Positions 22,731-35,799 of a stretch of DNA of 64,000 bases are shown here, piece after piece. Both the position numbers and the translations under genes were made by a program. Source of the DNA: Torpedo marmorata (taxonomy: Eukaryota); assembly GCA_977017645.1 (NCBI GenBank), contig OZ360223.1:193316001-193380000 (forward strand), given 5' to 3'. Below the pieces are notes generated by a model. That model saw only the letters and a list, made by a program, of their open reading frames with translations. It did no database searches and was not told the origin of the DNA. The number at the start of each line of letters is the position of its first letter. The stretch's first letter is position 1.

Positions 22731-23392
22731 AATAAATTATTGAAATAACTTAATTAAAATTGTATATTGACCACAGTTCTTGTACACAAATCTTCAACCT
22801 TGTCACATTCTTTCACATCCTTGTGTCAACTTCTCTATTATAGATTCTGTGTTTATTTACAATAGATGTGCCCTCAGGTCCATTATGGCATGAACTCTAC
22901 AGGCACTACAGCATCATCACAGCATATAATTACAGAGTGCTCAGACCCATTATAAAATGTTGATTCGTATTGGAGAAAGATGAAAGTTTTTTAGAGTTTT
23001 AGTTGATAGTCTCTCAAATGATGTATGGTGAAAAACAAGTGCGAAAGCCATGGCACTTCTAGCTTTACACACTCCAGCTAATATTGAATTATTCATTTAT
23101 CCTTCACTGCTGGAGCTTCAAAAAAAACAAAAACTTCTTCTTCAACATCATTAACAATGACAGGGTACACAAATGTTTAATACCTCTCAGAACCAATCAT
23201 CAAGTCTGGATTCTACCTGCACCCCATCTTAGAGAAGATTCATACTGATAAAGAAAATAAAATTCCTCAAGAAATCCAGCACGTGAACAGATGACAATAA
23301 GAAAATGAAGTGGAGCTACAAAGATGGGAATGATGGGTCTCACAATGACCAGATGGAGTATCTTAGCATCATTGAGTCATACAGCACAGATG

Positions 23393-23619
23393 CAGGTTAG
23401 CACAATGCTGTTACAATGCCAGCGACCGGAGTATGAATCTGGCGCTGTCTGTAAGGAGTTTATACGTTCTCCCCGTGTCTGCATGGGTTTCCTCCAGATG
23501 CTCCGGTTTCCTCCCACCCTTCAAAACGTACCGGGGTTGTCAGTCAATTGGGTGCAATGGGTGGCATGGGCTCGTAGGCCGAAAGGGCCTGTTACTGTGC
23601 TGTATGTCTAAAAAAAAAT
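23393..23619 (+). mobile_element. HE1/V-SINE
   Basis: V-domain core gttctccccgtgtctgcatgggtttcctccagatgctccggtttcctcccac; CR1-like 3' end; A tail. Confidence 0.85.
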
Positions 23620-23744
23620 CCCATCCTCATCCCCTTTCTTTCTCTTCACATTCCCATCAATTCCACCCTGCCCCCAATTCTATCATTTTCCTATGGAGCT
23701 CTGGAACAGCTGTAAACTTGTTTTCAATTAATATTTTTAGCTAG

Positions 23745-25135
23745 ATTTGCTGATGATACAAAGAAAAGTGGTTTAGCAAGTCATGAGGAGGACACAAGGA
23801 GCCTGCAAGTGAATGTAGATGGAATAAGGAGTGGACAAGAAATTGACAGGTGCAGTGTAATGTGAAAAAATATGAGATTATTCACTGTAAAAGGAAAAAT
23901 GAAATCAATTTTTTTATATAATTCAGAGAGGCTACAAAAAAGTAAAATAAAGGGATTTGAGGGCCATAATAAATACAATACAGGAAAAGTTTATGCAGTT
24001 ATGGCAAGTAATCAGGAGAACTAGGCTTTCATTTCAAGAGGTATGGAGTATAAAACTAAGAGGTCCTGATCCAAGTTTGCAGGGAGCTGACTACCCAACA
24101 GTAATATGTGGAGAGTATACCGACTGGTTGTATCATAACCTGGTTTGGGAATATGAATATCCAAGAACATAGAAGGCTACAGAAGATAGCAAATATAGCC
24201 AGATGCATCACAGGCTCTGATCTACCATCCATTGAATACATCTATGAGAGGCACTCCCTCAGGAAGGCAGCCAACATGATAAAGGATGGCCATCACCCAG
24301 GTCACAACCTCTCCTCAGTGCTACCTTCAGGCAGAAGGTACAGAAGCCTGAAGACCAGCACCTCGAGGTTCACGAACAGCTTTCCAACAGCTATCAGGCT
24401 CTTGAATTTCCCCTTGTTACACTAATCATGGACTGCTCTGACACTACAAATGGACACTGCACTATTGCAAGGTCACTTCTTTTCTTGCACTAGGACAGGT
24501 GAATATTTATTATTTATTTTTTGTATTTATTGTCTCATTTTAATTCAAATTATATATTCTATTGTGGTCTTTATTTTTTATTAAGTACCTGTTCAGCTGC
24601 AAGCGAGAATTTTGGTGCATGTGTACATTGTACAATATAACAATAAACTCCCTATCGTGTGCAGTTTTGGCCTCCATAGTTATGAAAAAATGCTTACATT
24701 GGAGGCAATCCAGTTGAAAGCTGTAATTACAGGGCTGATGTATGAAGAAGGCTGAGCCTCATCTTACTGGAGTTTAAAAGAATGAACCATAATCTTACGG
24801 AAACATAAGATTCTGAAGGAAAATGACAGGGTGATGTTGTAAAAGTGCTTCCCGTTGTGGGGGTATCTCGAAGCAGAGGTGTAGTTTCAGAATAAGGGGT
24901 CACTCATTTCAGACAACTATGAGGAGGAATTTCTTCCCTTGCATCGAGACTCTTTGGAATTCTCTACCTCAGACAGCTGTGGAAAGCAAATCGTTGTAAA
25001 TCTCCACATTATCTATATTCACACATTTAAACGAGAAGGGAGTCAATGCCCAGAGAGAGACGAAAGGGGGTGAATGGTAGAGCAGGCTCAAGGGGCTATA
25101 TGGTTTAATCTTACCCTATTTCTAATGTTCCTATG
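23745..25135 (+). mobile_element. Degenerate CR1 LINE with a nested Rex1 3' fragment (about 24103-24651)
   Basis: FADDTK start; gtgcagttttggcctcc and gaggaatttctt motifs; nested ORF 24108-24425 with HPGHNLSSVLPSGRRYRSLK. Confidence 0.75.
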
Positions 25136-26862
25136 TAAAATAAGCTTGTGAAAGTCGAAATTTTGATGTCTGACTACTTCTCTTATCTTTTTTTCCTTCC
25201 CTTTTTTCTTATCCTCTTTTATTTTCTCCACATTTAAATCTGTAGTTTTTAACCTCCCTTGTCCTACTCGACATTTTATGAATACGGTGACCAAGTAAAA
25301 TGCCACAGCATACAGTATGGCAGCAATAATTCTGCTGGACGTAAACAAGGTATCTGGACTAATGATTCAGAAACAAGAAATCAAATCATAGAATGTGGCG
25401 TATTTAAATTCAATTATCGTTTGGAACAGAAGGCTGTTATCAGTAATTGTGACTGCCAAACTACTAGTTTCCTACCTGACTAATTAATATCCTATAGGGG
25501 AAGAAATGTACCAACCTTTTTTGACTCGGCCTACATGTGATTCCAAATCCAAAACAATGTGACTGATTCATATCTGGTTTGTGAGATGGTAAATTAGATC
25601 AATTGCAATTAGGGGAGGGCAATAAATGAGAAATTTGCTTCTTGTGAAAGAATAAAAATGTAATGGTGCATGTAGCATATTGCAAATTATCTTTCTAATT
25701 AAACATTACTCAAAGTAGCCATTATTCTTACAACGGATAGATCTTCACAATCCTGCTCCAAAGGACAAAATGTATGATATAATTATTCAAGAAACTCAAA
25801 CTTAAATTTCACAGTAAATAGTGTTTTCTAGTCTGCTCTTTTATTAAACTTTTTTCCTTCCCATGTCTAATCAAGAGACTTAGATTTAATTAAAACTTTT
25901 CTGCACTTAAAGGAGATGGACATCATTTCTGGTCAAGATAATTCTGGAAGTGGCAAAAAGATGTTATGTGGGGTTTGTTTTTGCAAAAAATCCTCTTCTT
26001 TCTTGGTAACACACCTCATCCAAACCACATTGCATGATGACAAGGAGGTGCTTTTATTGGTCATTCATCTCTCTATTTGCTTTCCTTTCACACTAAAAAT
26101 TGTTCTTTTCCCAAGTCACTGCAAGTGCTGAATATATGGAGGCACATCTATCATTTGACAAAGAGATAGCCAGCCAAGGATGCTCATAAACACGAGAGTG
26201 CAATGGTGGTGTGATGATCTCATCCCACACTGAAGTTGTGCTTAATTTTCTGACATGGCCTATGAACTATTTTTAGGAAGGAAATCTCTGGGTACTTAAT
26301 AATCAACCAGTGACCTGGCTATAATAAACCTCTTACAAAACAAGTGAAAACTGACTGAGTCATAGCTGTCACCTGTAACATCGGTCAAGAACTGCAGGAG
26401 GTGGTGTTCTAGATAGATTAAAACCAGTTAAATGCTGATGAGATCAAATTCCTTTCAATTGATAAAGGTGCTCATTGGTATTGCAGGCAATGTCAATTCA
26501 GTCTGTGGCATATAACCTGGAGAAGGGAGAGTTTGATGCTCATTCATGGTGTTTTACTTTGTTTGTTTGGAAAAGTTATTTGGCAGTTCCTCCTGGGTAG
26601 AGGAACTTCAAAATCCCCATGACACAATGATTGACCATTGGAAAAAGTTGCTTACATCAAAACTGCAGTCCATTTCACCTGAGATACCACTTAATCAATC
26701 GTCATCATCCAGCCCCAAAGACAACTTTACCAGAGACAGAATCTTCTTTTAAAAATAGTTCAAGGGAAGGCAACAAGAAACAAAGCAGCAGAAAAAATAA
26801 TTGTTCAGGCTTTGAAAACTAATGAGGTTAATCCGATCTGAAGTAACAAACCAGCAACTAAC

Positions 26863-26979
26863 CTACAAATGAATGAATGCTGCTGAAGGGTTCCATCTTG
26901 CCCATCGGCAGCACGCTGCGGGATGAGTTTGTCATGTAGCAAGTCATGTATTGGGGCAGTCCATTTTTGGACAGGGGTC
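26863..26979 (-). other. Candidate cryptic or alternative exon in the 32-kb EPS15 intron
   Basis: tgtgctttttgtag acceptor; tandem donors TTT|gtaggt and TAG|gttagt; CpG-containing unique sequence in a TE-poor stretch. Confidence 0.3.
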
Positions 26980-27829
26980 CTACAAAAAGCACAGTGCCTT
27001 AAATACTTTATTAATTCTGGTACTTTAATAGTTATAATAATTTTCTCAACGTTTGAATGTTCGATACTTACAAGTTCATTTTGCATCTGAAAACAAAACA
27101 CAATGCCCTTTCACCACCTTGGACTTGAGCTCACACATATGTGCTATAAGGTGTCATAAATTTCAAGAAATCTTGCCAAAGCCTCCACAATAGTGAAATA
27201 CTTAAAATTCCAAGGTATAGAAAGGCAAAGTTAATGAAAACTGTAAATATCAAGTAATAGTTCCATTGGAAATAGGAATTCTGAAATTATTTTTAAAAAG
27301 CCAGGATCACATGCATCAATAGTGGAGTATACGACTGAAAATAGCTTTTCTGATGTACCGGTAAGTATTAAAATGAGATTAAATCAATTCCTCCAAAACC
27401 TTAATCTGCGATAATGAATTTCATAAATCCATAATAAATCCATCCTTTATCCACTTCAATGCAATAAACAGAGTAATTAATTCAATCCATTAATATTAAA
27501 AAGATACTTTTTCAATTTTTGTATTCAGGATGTCAACTTTGCTGACAAGGCTAGTACTTAAGATCCATCTCTAATTGTCCCTGAACTGAGATGGTTACGA
27601 TTCAATTACATTGGTAAGCCAAACTGGGTAAGGATGGCCAAATTCTTTCCCTAAAGGATATTAGAGATCCAGCAGGAGCTCCACAAGGATCCAGTGGTTT
27701 CACCGTTGATGTTAATGAGACTGGCCTTATTTTAAGATCTATTTAATTATGTGAATCTAAATTTCCTTCTGACAAAATGGGGTTCAAATTCATGTCTCAG
27801 GATCAATAATTTCTGGATGCTTGTCCAAC

Positions 27830-28580
27830 AACATATCTGATGAGATAGCATTCTCCTGCTGTCAGCTTCCATCTCACCCACCAGCCTCCGTATTCACTGG
27901 ATCATCCTTTCACAATTTCTCCCACCTCCAAAGAGATATTTTCCACTCATTCCCCTTGAGCATTCTATATGGAGCTTTCCCTTCATGCCACTTTCCCATG
28001 CCACAGAAGACAATGCAGCACCAGTCCTTTTACCCCCCCCTCTTTCCCACCATCCAGGGGCTTGAGTCTTTGAAGAAATAATTCACTTGCACTTCTTCCA
28101 ATGACATGTCCTGCTGTTCACGATGTGGTCGCCTCTAACACGAGAGAACTGCACACAGATCACAGGGGTTCTTGTTATCCATCACTTGACTTTTCCATTC
28201 CACACCCACTCCCACTCTGACCTCTGCTTGTGGCTTCCTGCACTGTTATATCAAGGCCATAAGCTTGAGGAATAAAACTTCATCTTCCATCTCGATACGT
28301 TGCAGCCTTCTTGACAATATTAAATTCAACAACTTCAGATAACCCATTTTCTTCATTTGTATCAAAACTGGCCTGTTCCAGTGGATTGAGTGAAACACGA
28401 TAGGCTGCAGACGCTGTGATTGTAGTAAACACACCGAAATGTTTGAATTCTGAGACTTTCTGATATATCCTTCTGATTTTTCCTTGAAGAAGGGCTCAGG
28501 CCTGAAACGTCAGCAATATATCTTTGTCTCCTATAGATGCTGAAAAGACCAGCTGAGTTCCTCCAGCATTTCGGTGTGTT
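27830..28580 (+). mobile_element. Old degenerate Penelope-like remnant(s)
   Basis: Decayed GIY-YIG region (ttcacttgcacttcttcc, aagcttgaggaa) and 3' gaagaagggctcaggcctgaaacgtc hairpin motif. Confidence 0.65.
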
Positions 28581-28949
28581 CCAGTGGATTACCCACCTGT
28601 AATATTGAACCAGATTTTCCCTCCCCACCAGTACTTCATGACCTGCGAAGCAGTTTCTACAGCTCTGCATTTCACATTTTTATACATCCCCTTGTTTGAA
28701 CTCATTTCCTAACTGCTCTTCTGAAGCTACAACCAGAGATTCCATCAAAAGCTCATTATAATGCCAATCCTGGCCTCCCCTATCAGATATACCCTTTGTT
28801 ATAACTAGCTCTTCCCCATCCACGACACAACTTAAAAATGACTTATTTTATCTCTTTTCCCAGTTCTGAAGTAGGGCCTTCAGCCTGAAACATTAACTTT
28901 TGTTTTTTAACAAAATTCTGAGAAAGCAAATTTAATTCTGGGTGTCAAA

Positions 28950-29123
28950 TTTTTTTGCCATCAGATTCCTGAATAATCAAAGAACCAAAGACACTGCCTT
29001 ACTTTTCGTGCACTATTTTGGTTTTTTCAAATTTATTGTTGTAAAAGTGGTTTATATGAATGTTTGCACTATGATGCAAAACACCGAATTTTGTGACTTG
29101 TTCATGACAATAAATTCTGATTC
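28950..29123 (+). mobile_element. Rex1/Babar 3' tail
   Basis: gccatcagattcctgaataatcaa...catgacaataaattctgattctg, shared with copies at 37627 and 60790. Confidence 0.8.
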
Positions 29124-29411
29124 TGTTGTGGCAATCCATGAATTCTGCAAGGATGAACTTCCATAGCCTGAACGGCTATAATGTGGAAGCACCTTTAGTA
29201 GTCCAAATGCAAAACTATTTTTGTGTTTCACATTCATTAGCTGTCAGCAGAGATGAAAATGAGCCTTAATATGCTGATACAGTGTAATTATAAGGAAAAA
29301 AAATGCTACTTTTAAGCTTGGTGATTAAGGTACACTAAAGACTAAAAATTGATGCTGATCTTAGCAAACTAAAACAGTTTACAGCTTCATATGGAATAAA
29401 AACACACATTA

Positions 29412-29505
29412 CACTACCCGCAAATTGGAGGAACAACACCCAATACTCCGAATGGGCATTCTCCAACCAGATGGCATTGACATAGACTTTTCCAGTTTCC
29501 ATTAG
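29412..29505 (+). mobile_element. Short Penelope ORF-end fragment, tail-to-tail with the adjacent copy
   Basis: Encodes TRKLEEQHPILRMGILQPDGIDIDFSSFH followed by a stop. Confidence 0.75.
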
Positions 29506-29539
29506 GCCCCAAAATGCTTATCCAGATTGAACTCCATCT

Positions 29540-30245
29540 AGTAAAACACGAAAATCTGTGGACACCGTGGTTGAAGTAAAAAACACAAATGCTGGAGAAA
29601 CTCAGCAGGTCAAACAGTGTCTTTTATGTAGCAAAGGTAGAAATACGTAACCGACGTTTCGGGCTTGAGCCCTTCATCAAAGTATGAGAAAATGCCGGCA
29701 GGCGTCCGAACAAAAGAGTGAGGGGGGAAGGGGGCTGCCAAAGGCAGGAGATGATAGGTGGAGAAAGGAGGGAGGGGACAGCAGCAAAGAGGGGGAGGAG
29801 GGATGGCTAGGTAGCTGGAGAAAAACAGGAAGGACAGGTGAGGGGGGAGGGGAAGGGAACGACAAGCAGGTTTAGTGGAAAGCAGAAAAGTCAATGTTAA
29901 TGCCATCTGGCTGGAGAGTGCCTAGACAGAAAATGAGATGTTGTTCCTCCAATTTGCGGGTAGTCTGGGTGGGATAGTACATAAGGCCATGGACAGACAT
30001 GTGAGTGTGGGAGTGTGACCCGGAATTGAAATGGTTGGCTACTGGGAGGTCGCTGTTGTTGTGGACGGAGAGGAGGTGCACAGCAAAGCGGTCTCCCAAT
30101 CTACGACCGGTCTCTCCGATGTAGAGAAAGCCACAAAGGGAGCACTGGATGCAGTAAATAAGTTCTCTGGATGTACAAGTGAAGTGTAGTTTCACTTGGA
30201 AGGCCTGTTTGGGGCCCTGGACCGTGGTGAGGGGGGAGGTGGGGA
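29540..30245 (-). mobile_element. Penelope-like element 3' part (GIY-YIG), same family as 2000-3120
   Basis: ORF 29872-30297 is nearly identical to the C-terminal half of ORF 2081-2830 and has the same 3' UTR. Confidence 0.92.
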
Positions 30246-32270
30246 CTTTTCGGCTCAACTCTGTATCTTGTCTATATCCTGTTGTAACCAATGACAACTT
30301 TCTACACTATCAACAACATCCCCAACCTTCGTGTCATCTACAAACTGACTGACCCATTCTTCCATTTCTTCGTCCAGGTCATTAAAAAAAAAATCAGAAA
30401 GAGCAGAGATTCCAGAAATGATCCCTGTGGAACTCTGTTAGTCACCAACCTTCAGGCAGAATACGTTCCATCTACTACTACACTCTTATTTCTACAGGCA
30501 AGCCAATTCTGAATCTACACAGCCAAGGTTCCATGGATCCCATACCTCATGACTTTCTGAATGAGTCTACCATGGGGGACCTTGTCAAATGCCTTACTAA
30601 AATCCATTTACACCACATCTACTGCCTTTCCTTCATCAATTTCTTTTGTCACTTACTCAAAAAACTCAATTTGGCTCATGAGGCATGACCTGCCCCTCAC
30701 AAAGCCATGCTGACTATCACTGAGAAGACTATGTTTAATTTTAAATTTAGACATGCAGCACGGTAACAGGCCCTTCCAGCACACGAGCCCATGCCACCCA
30801 AATACCTCAATTAACCTACAACCCCCGTACATTTTGAAAGGTGGGAGGAAACCCATGCAGACACGGGGAGAACGTACAAACTTCTTACAGACAGACAGCA
30901 CTGGATTTGAACCTCGGTCGCTGGCGCTGTACTAGCTTTGCGCTGACCGCTACACTAACTGTGCTGCCCTTGTGCTTCTCCAAATGCTCGTAAATCCTCT
31001 CCCTAAGAATCCTCTCCAATAGTTTGCCCACCATTGACACAAGACTCACTGGTCTATTATTCCCAGGATTCTCCCTAGTACCTTTATCAAACAAGGGAAC
31101 TACATTTACCATTCTCCAATCCTCCAGTACCTCTCTTATGACCAGGGAAGGGGCAAAGATCATTGCTAATTCCCCTGCAATCTCTTCCCTCGCTTTTTGT
31201 AGTAAACTGGGGTGTATCTCATCCGGTCCCGGGGACTTATCAATCTGAATGCTTTTAAGAAGATCCAGCACTTCATCTTTCTTATCCTCAACATGCTCTA
31301 GCACATAAGCTTGTTCTATACCGACCTCACATTGACCAAGGTCCCTCTCTGTGGTGAACAATGGAGAAAAGTATTAATTTAGGACCTCTCCTACCTCTTC
31401 ACTCTCGTCATCCTTCTGTTCTTCACATGTGCATAGAACTTTGAATTTTCCTTAATCCTACTTGCCAAGGATTTCTTGTGCCCCTTCTAGCTCTCCTGTC
31501 CTTTCTTAAGTTCCTTCCTGGCTACCATACAATTCTTATGAGCCCTTCCTGTCTTTTGCTTCCTAAATCTTGTGTGTGCTTCCTTCTGTCTCTTAACTAG
31601 CAGTCTCACCTCTTTTCTCAACCACGGTTCTCTTATCCTACCATCTTTTCCCTGTCTCAATGGGAAAAGCCTATCCAGAACCCTATGCAGGTGGTCCCTA
31701 AACATCCTCCACATTACTTCTGTGGATTTCCCCCCCCCCCCCCAATGAGAACATCTGTTCCCAATGTAATCTCACCAGTACCTGCCTAATCCCATTGTAA
31801 TTTGCCCTTCCCGAATTAGTAACTTTACCATTTTGTCTACTCCCATAGCTATATTAAACATCAGGGTGTTGTGTCACTGTCACCGAAATGCTCCTCTACC
31901 GAGAGGTCTGTCACCTCACCAGGTTCATTACCTAGTACTAGATCCAGTATGGACTCTCCTCTAGTCGGCTTGTCCACATACTGTGTCAGGAATCCTTCTT
32001 GGACAAACCTGACAACTTCTGCCCCTCTATCACTCTTGCAGTAAGGAGGTGCCAGTCAATATTTGGGAAGTTGAAGTCTCCCATAACAACAATCCTGTTA
32101 TTTCTGCACCATTCCAAAATCTGCCCATTTACCTGCTCCTCAGTGTCCCGAGGGCTATTTGGGGGCCAAGAGACTACTCTCAATGGAGTGATCACTCCCT
32201 TCCTGCTTCCAACTTCCACCCACACTGACTCAGTAGACAATCCCTCGACAATATCCTCCTTACTTGTGTT
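30246..32270 (-). mobile_element. CR1 LINE ORF2 remnant (endonuclease-RT) interrupted by a SINE
   Basis: ESVWVEV..PPNS..MGDFNFPNIDW; KSPGPDEIHP; NNRPVSLVSMVGKLLE; SQHGFVRGRSCL. Confidence 0.88.
30735..30969 (-). mobile_element. HE1/V-SINE nested in CR1
   Basis: Reverse strand shows a tRNA-like head (ggcagcacagttagtgtagcgg...ggttcaaatcc) and the V-domain core. Confidence 0.85.
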
Positions 32271-32539
32271 CCTCTTTCTTAGAGGGGCTGAGAGGAATTA
32301 TGGTGCTGAATGGAAATTTACACTATCCTCTAATCTCATGCTATGGGCACAGACAATGAAAACTGGGGTTCCAAAAGTTAATTAACCAAGTAATAATCAG
32401 GTGGCTGATAGCCTATGGAAAACATGAATGCGAAAATACTCACTTTGAAAACAAAAATATGGTCATGGTATTTGCAGCACTGTTAAAACTTTGTCCACCA
32501 ATTTTCAGCTCATTACTTCAGCCTGTCTGCATTTCTGTT

Positions 32540-33310
32540 TGTATGCTCCTCACAGTTTATAATGCTTCCAAGTTTTGCGTTATTATTAAATTGGAAATTG
32601 TGCCTATTGCCAAATTAGTAATGCTGACCCTTGAGAAACTCCATGCTACATTTTCCTCCTGTCCAAGAATCCTTTTGACCAATCTCTGTTTCATAATTTT
32701 CTATTTATGTTGCTACAGCTCCTTTTACTGCACAGCCTTCGATCTCAATTGCAATAAGGCACTTCAAACATTCAATTTACCTTAGTAATTGTATTTCCCC
32801 AATTGACCCTTTCTGCTACTTTATCATGAAACTATATTAGTTGCCTTCAACAAATCCATGCTGGCTTTCTCTAATCAGCCAAATTTGACTTCTCATCTGT
32901 GAATTCTGTCCCCGATTACTTCCAGAACTTTTCTCATAATCAAAATTAATTTAACTGTAGTTAGTACTGAGTTTATCCTTGTTCGAAAAAGGGTGAAGCA
33001 GTGCAAAAAATACTATTTATCAGATTCTGGGCACCACCCTTGTACCCACAGATGTTGGGAAGTGACAGTAAAGTCCTCTAACATTTCATAATTCTCTCAG
33101 CAACCCAAACATTTGGAACTCTCTAAGGATTGAAGGTATTGGATTGTGGATGCTCAGTCAATGAGCATATTCAAGGCTGGAACTCTATGGTTCATGGACC
33201 CTGTATAAATCAAGGGATATGACCAAAGGTGTAAGATCAGCCATGATTTCATTTAATGGAGCAGCTTGAAATGTCAAATGACCTAAATATGCTTCAATTT
33301 CTTATGTTAT
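32540..33310. mobile_element. Highly decayed CR1 fragments in both orientations
   Basis: aaatccatgctggct (reverse of SQHGF) and a 3' tail ending tcttatgttatcatg. Confidence 0.5.
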
Positions 33311-35726
33311 CATGGCTAATTCTTATTTAGGCTGTTCCTTTTTGAATATTTGAAATATTAGCTTGTTACCAGCTGCCTTTAATCAATAACTACATCCGTT
33401 GTTGTCTCAAGCTTAATTGTACGAAGAACTGGGACTTTAAATCATTTTGTTGGCTTTTGGGATAGAATTTTTAATAGCACTTAGCCTTAGGTCAGTGGTA
33501 TCGCTATCACCTTGGAATCAGAGGAACTTGCTGCTTGCTCCATTCCCAAGTTTATTGCACATTTTCTTAACCACACTTAAGTGCCAAGCAGAGGAAATAC
33601 TACCACAAGTATCATCTGAGCCATTGATCTGAAGCTCCATCAAACACTCTCAGTGGACAGATGTATCACACATTATAACTTGAAGAGGAACTGTGTTTAT
33701 CTAGTGCCTTCACTACAGTTATCCTTCAACCATTATCATTAATACAAATAATTTTGTCAGTTATGTCAACGTTCATCAGACTTCACTGTGTAAAAATTGA
33801 TGCTGAATTTCTTGAATGAGGAGCTCTTGGCTTTAAATTACTTTGGGATGCCCTGAGAAAGTGGAAAAACAGCACTTGAATGGGGACATAGTCCACAACT
33901 GAAATAGACAGTGCAAGACATTTCCTTTTTGTATTATAAATAACACTGAAGTTCACATCCATTATGCTAAAGACCACAATTTAAAGTTCAGATGGAAAGC
34001 AAACTTTGAAGAAAAATACAAATGACCAGCTTAACATGAATGAACAATTTACAAACTTGTTATTGAACTCAGTAATCATCAAAGAGAGATGGATTTATCA
34101 AGATTTACCCAAGGAATATTTCACCAGTTACCTCAAAAGTAACAATTTACATGTCTGAACCCACAACTATCCTCTGGAGTCCAAATTATTCAACAGAAAT
34201 ACTGTAACTAACCATAATTACATACAAGGACTTCTCCACTTGCATATGATCCCCTGCACTATACACCTCTTCCACTAAGGGGGCGGTTGAGCAAAATAAA
34301 ACAGTCCCTTTCCAAATGCATTTTGAAACCTGGATTCAGATACACAATTGTCATCTGGAAGTAATTCTCCTTCACACATTGTGTGAAAATCTCGAGGCTT
34401 TGTTTCACGAATCTCATTATGTGATGAAAACAGAAGTGTTGTAGTCAAACAACTTGACATTTAATCAACAGAATGGGTGGTGTCTGAAGTGACCAAAGAT
34501 TATTCAACATCAATTGTTTGATAATTTCCCCAAATCACCTGATATCTCCAATATGTGCAGTCACACCACTCAAGAAAAATGTTCACTTTTTAATACTTGC
34601 ATGTTTTTACTGCCTACTGCATTTAACACCTTGGTATTAAAAACTGCAAAGCAAACTGAATTTTTTCTACATATTTGAATAATGATAATTTACAGTTTCA
34701 AAAGTATCAAAGTCAAACATTCCAAAGCTGGTATGATAATACAGCCAAATATAATCTGAGGTAAAAGGAAAGACACGAATGAATGGAAGAGCTAATTAAA
34801 GGATACTAAATTCTACATATTGCATTACTCTGCTGAAAAGCTCAAAGAACAACTAACATGCAAAAATATTAGCTTTGCTCATAGTTCTCCTGGGAAGCTG
34901 TCTGTTAGAAACAAAATGCAGGAATTCATTTTGAATTGAATTCTACAGCACAATAACAATGCAGCTACATTTCTTTGAGCTATCCATGATACTGCGTCAT
35001 GTACCGTAACTGAAATCTGGTATGATGCTTAAAGAGAGAATTTCACACTGAAGCTAATCATGATAAGAATATCTTCTGATATTTTATCATTAATAATCAG
35101 CAGATAAACAGTGTAACATTCACCCCTTACTCTCCCTTTTCCAGCTATGCTAACACCTCCATTCATAGCTTCACAGTAACTGGGGCAAATAACAACTTGC
35201 AATCTGAAAAAAATGTCATGTAAAGTATTTATTGGTCAATTTATGGTGCCAAAATGTTCATGGGGATTCTGACAAACTGTACAAGACAATTAAATTAAAT
35301 ATGCTTGTTGATGCCTTAGGCAAAAATTATTAAGTGAAGAGCTTTTGTACAAATTTTGTTCAATGTTATGTCATTGTGCTTGAACAATTGCAAAATTTGC
35401 ATGAGATGTCAATAATTTCCCTCTTTTAATCCATAATTTTTCAAACTACCTAATACATCCATGTGTCTTCATATGCTTTTTCAATTTTCTAATGCACATT
35501 TCACCCAACAATAGATTTTTTTCCATCTTGTAAAATAGCTACTACGTGGCTTCAGTAAAATTTCTGCATGACGTAACTGATTGATACCTGAACTAAAATC
35601 TTTCACTGCCAATAAAATTGGCAAAACCTCAGCTCCTGAAAAATAATCTGAAAATACAGCAAGGGCAACATGACTTTGCAGATGCCGGTCACATAACTTA
35701 AAAAAACTGAAGCAGTTAATACTTGC

Positions 35727-35799
35727 CTGGACCTCACTCGTTCGCTGCTTGATTGCTTCCTCTTTTTCTTTGATTTCCACTTCCACACTGCTTTTCTCC
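35727..35799 (-). CDS. EPS15: EPS15 coding exon (73 bp, phase 2-0; human exon ~13) with GC donor
   Basis: Flanked by ggtcttccag| and CAG|gcaagt. Translates (R)EKSSVEVEIKEKEEAIKQRTSEVQ; human has REKNNVEQDLKEKEDTIKQRTSEVQ. Phases match both neighbouring exons. Confidence 0.95.

Noticed and set aside
27300-27366. Strong plus-strand donor CCG|gtaagt suggesting an antisense transcript
   Set aside because: Isolated motif with no convincing acceptor or other support.
34272-34288. CTCF-like motif ccactaagggggcgg
   Set aside because: An extra base breaks the core spacing; a chance match is plausible.
35481-35726. Continuation of the 138-aa ORF past exon 13 (ASINCFSFFK...)
   Set aside because: Similarity to EPS15 ends exactly at CAG|GCAAGT, so this is read-through into the intron.
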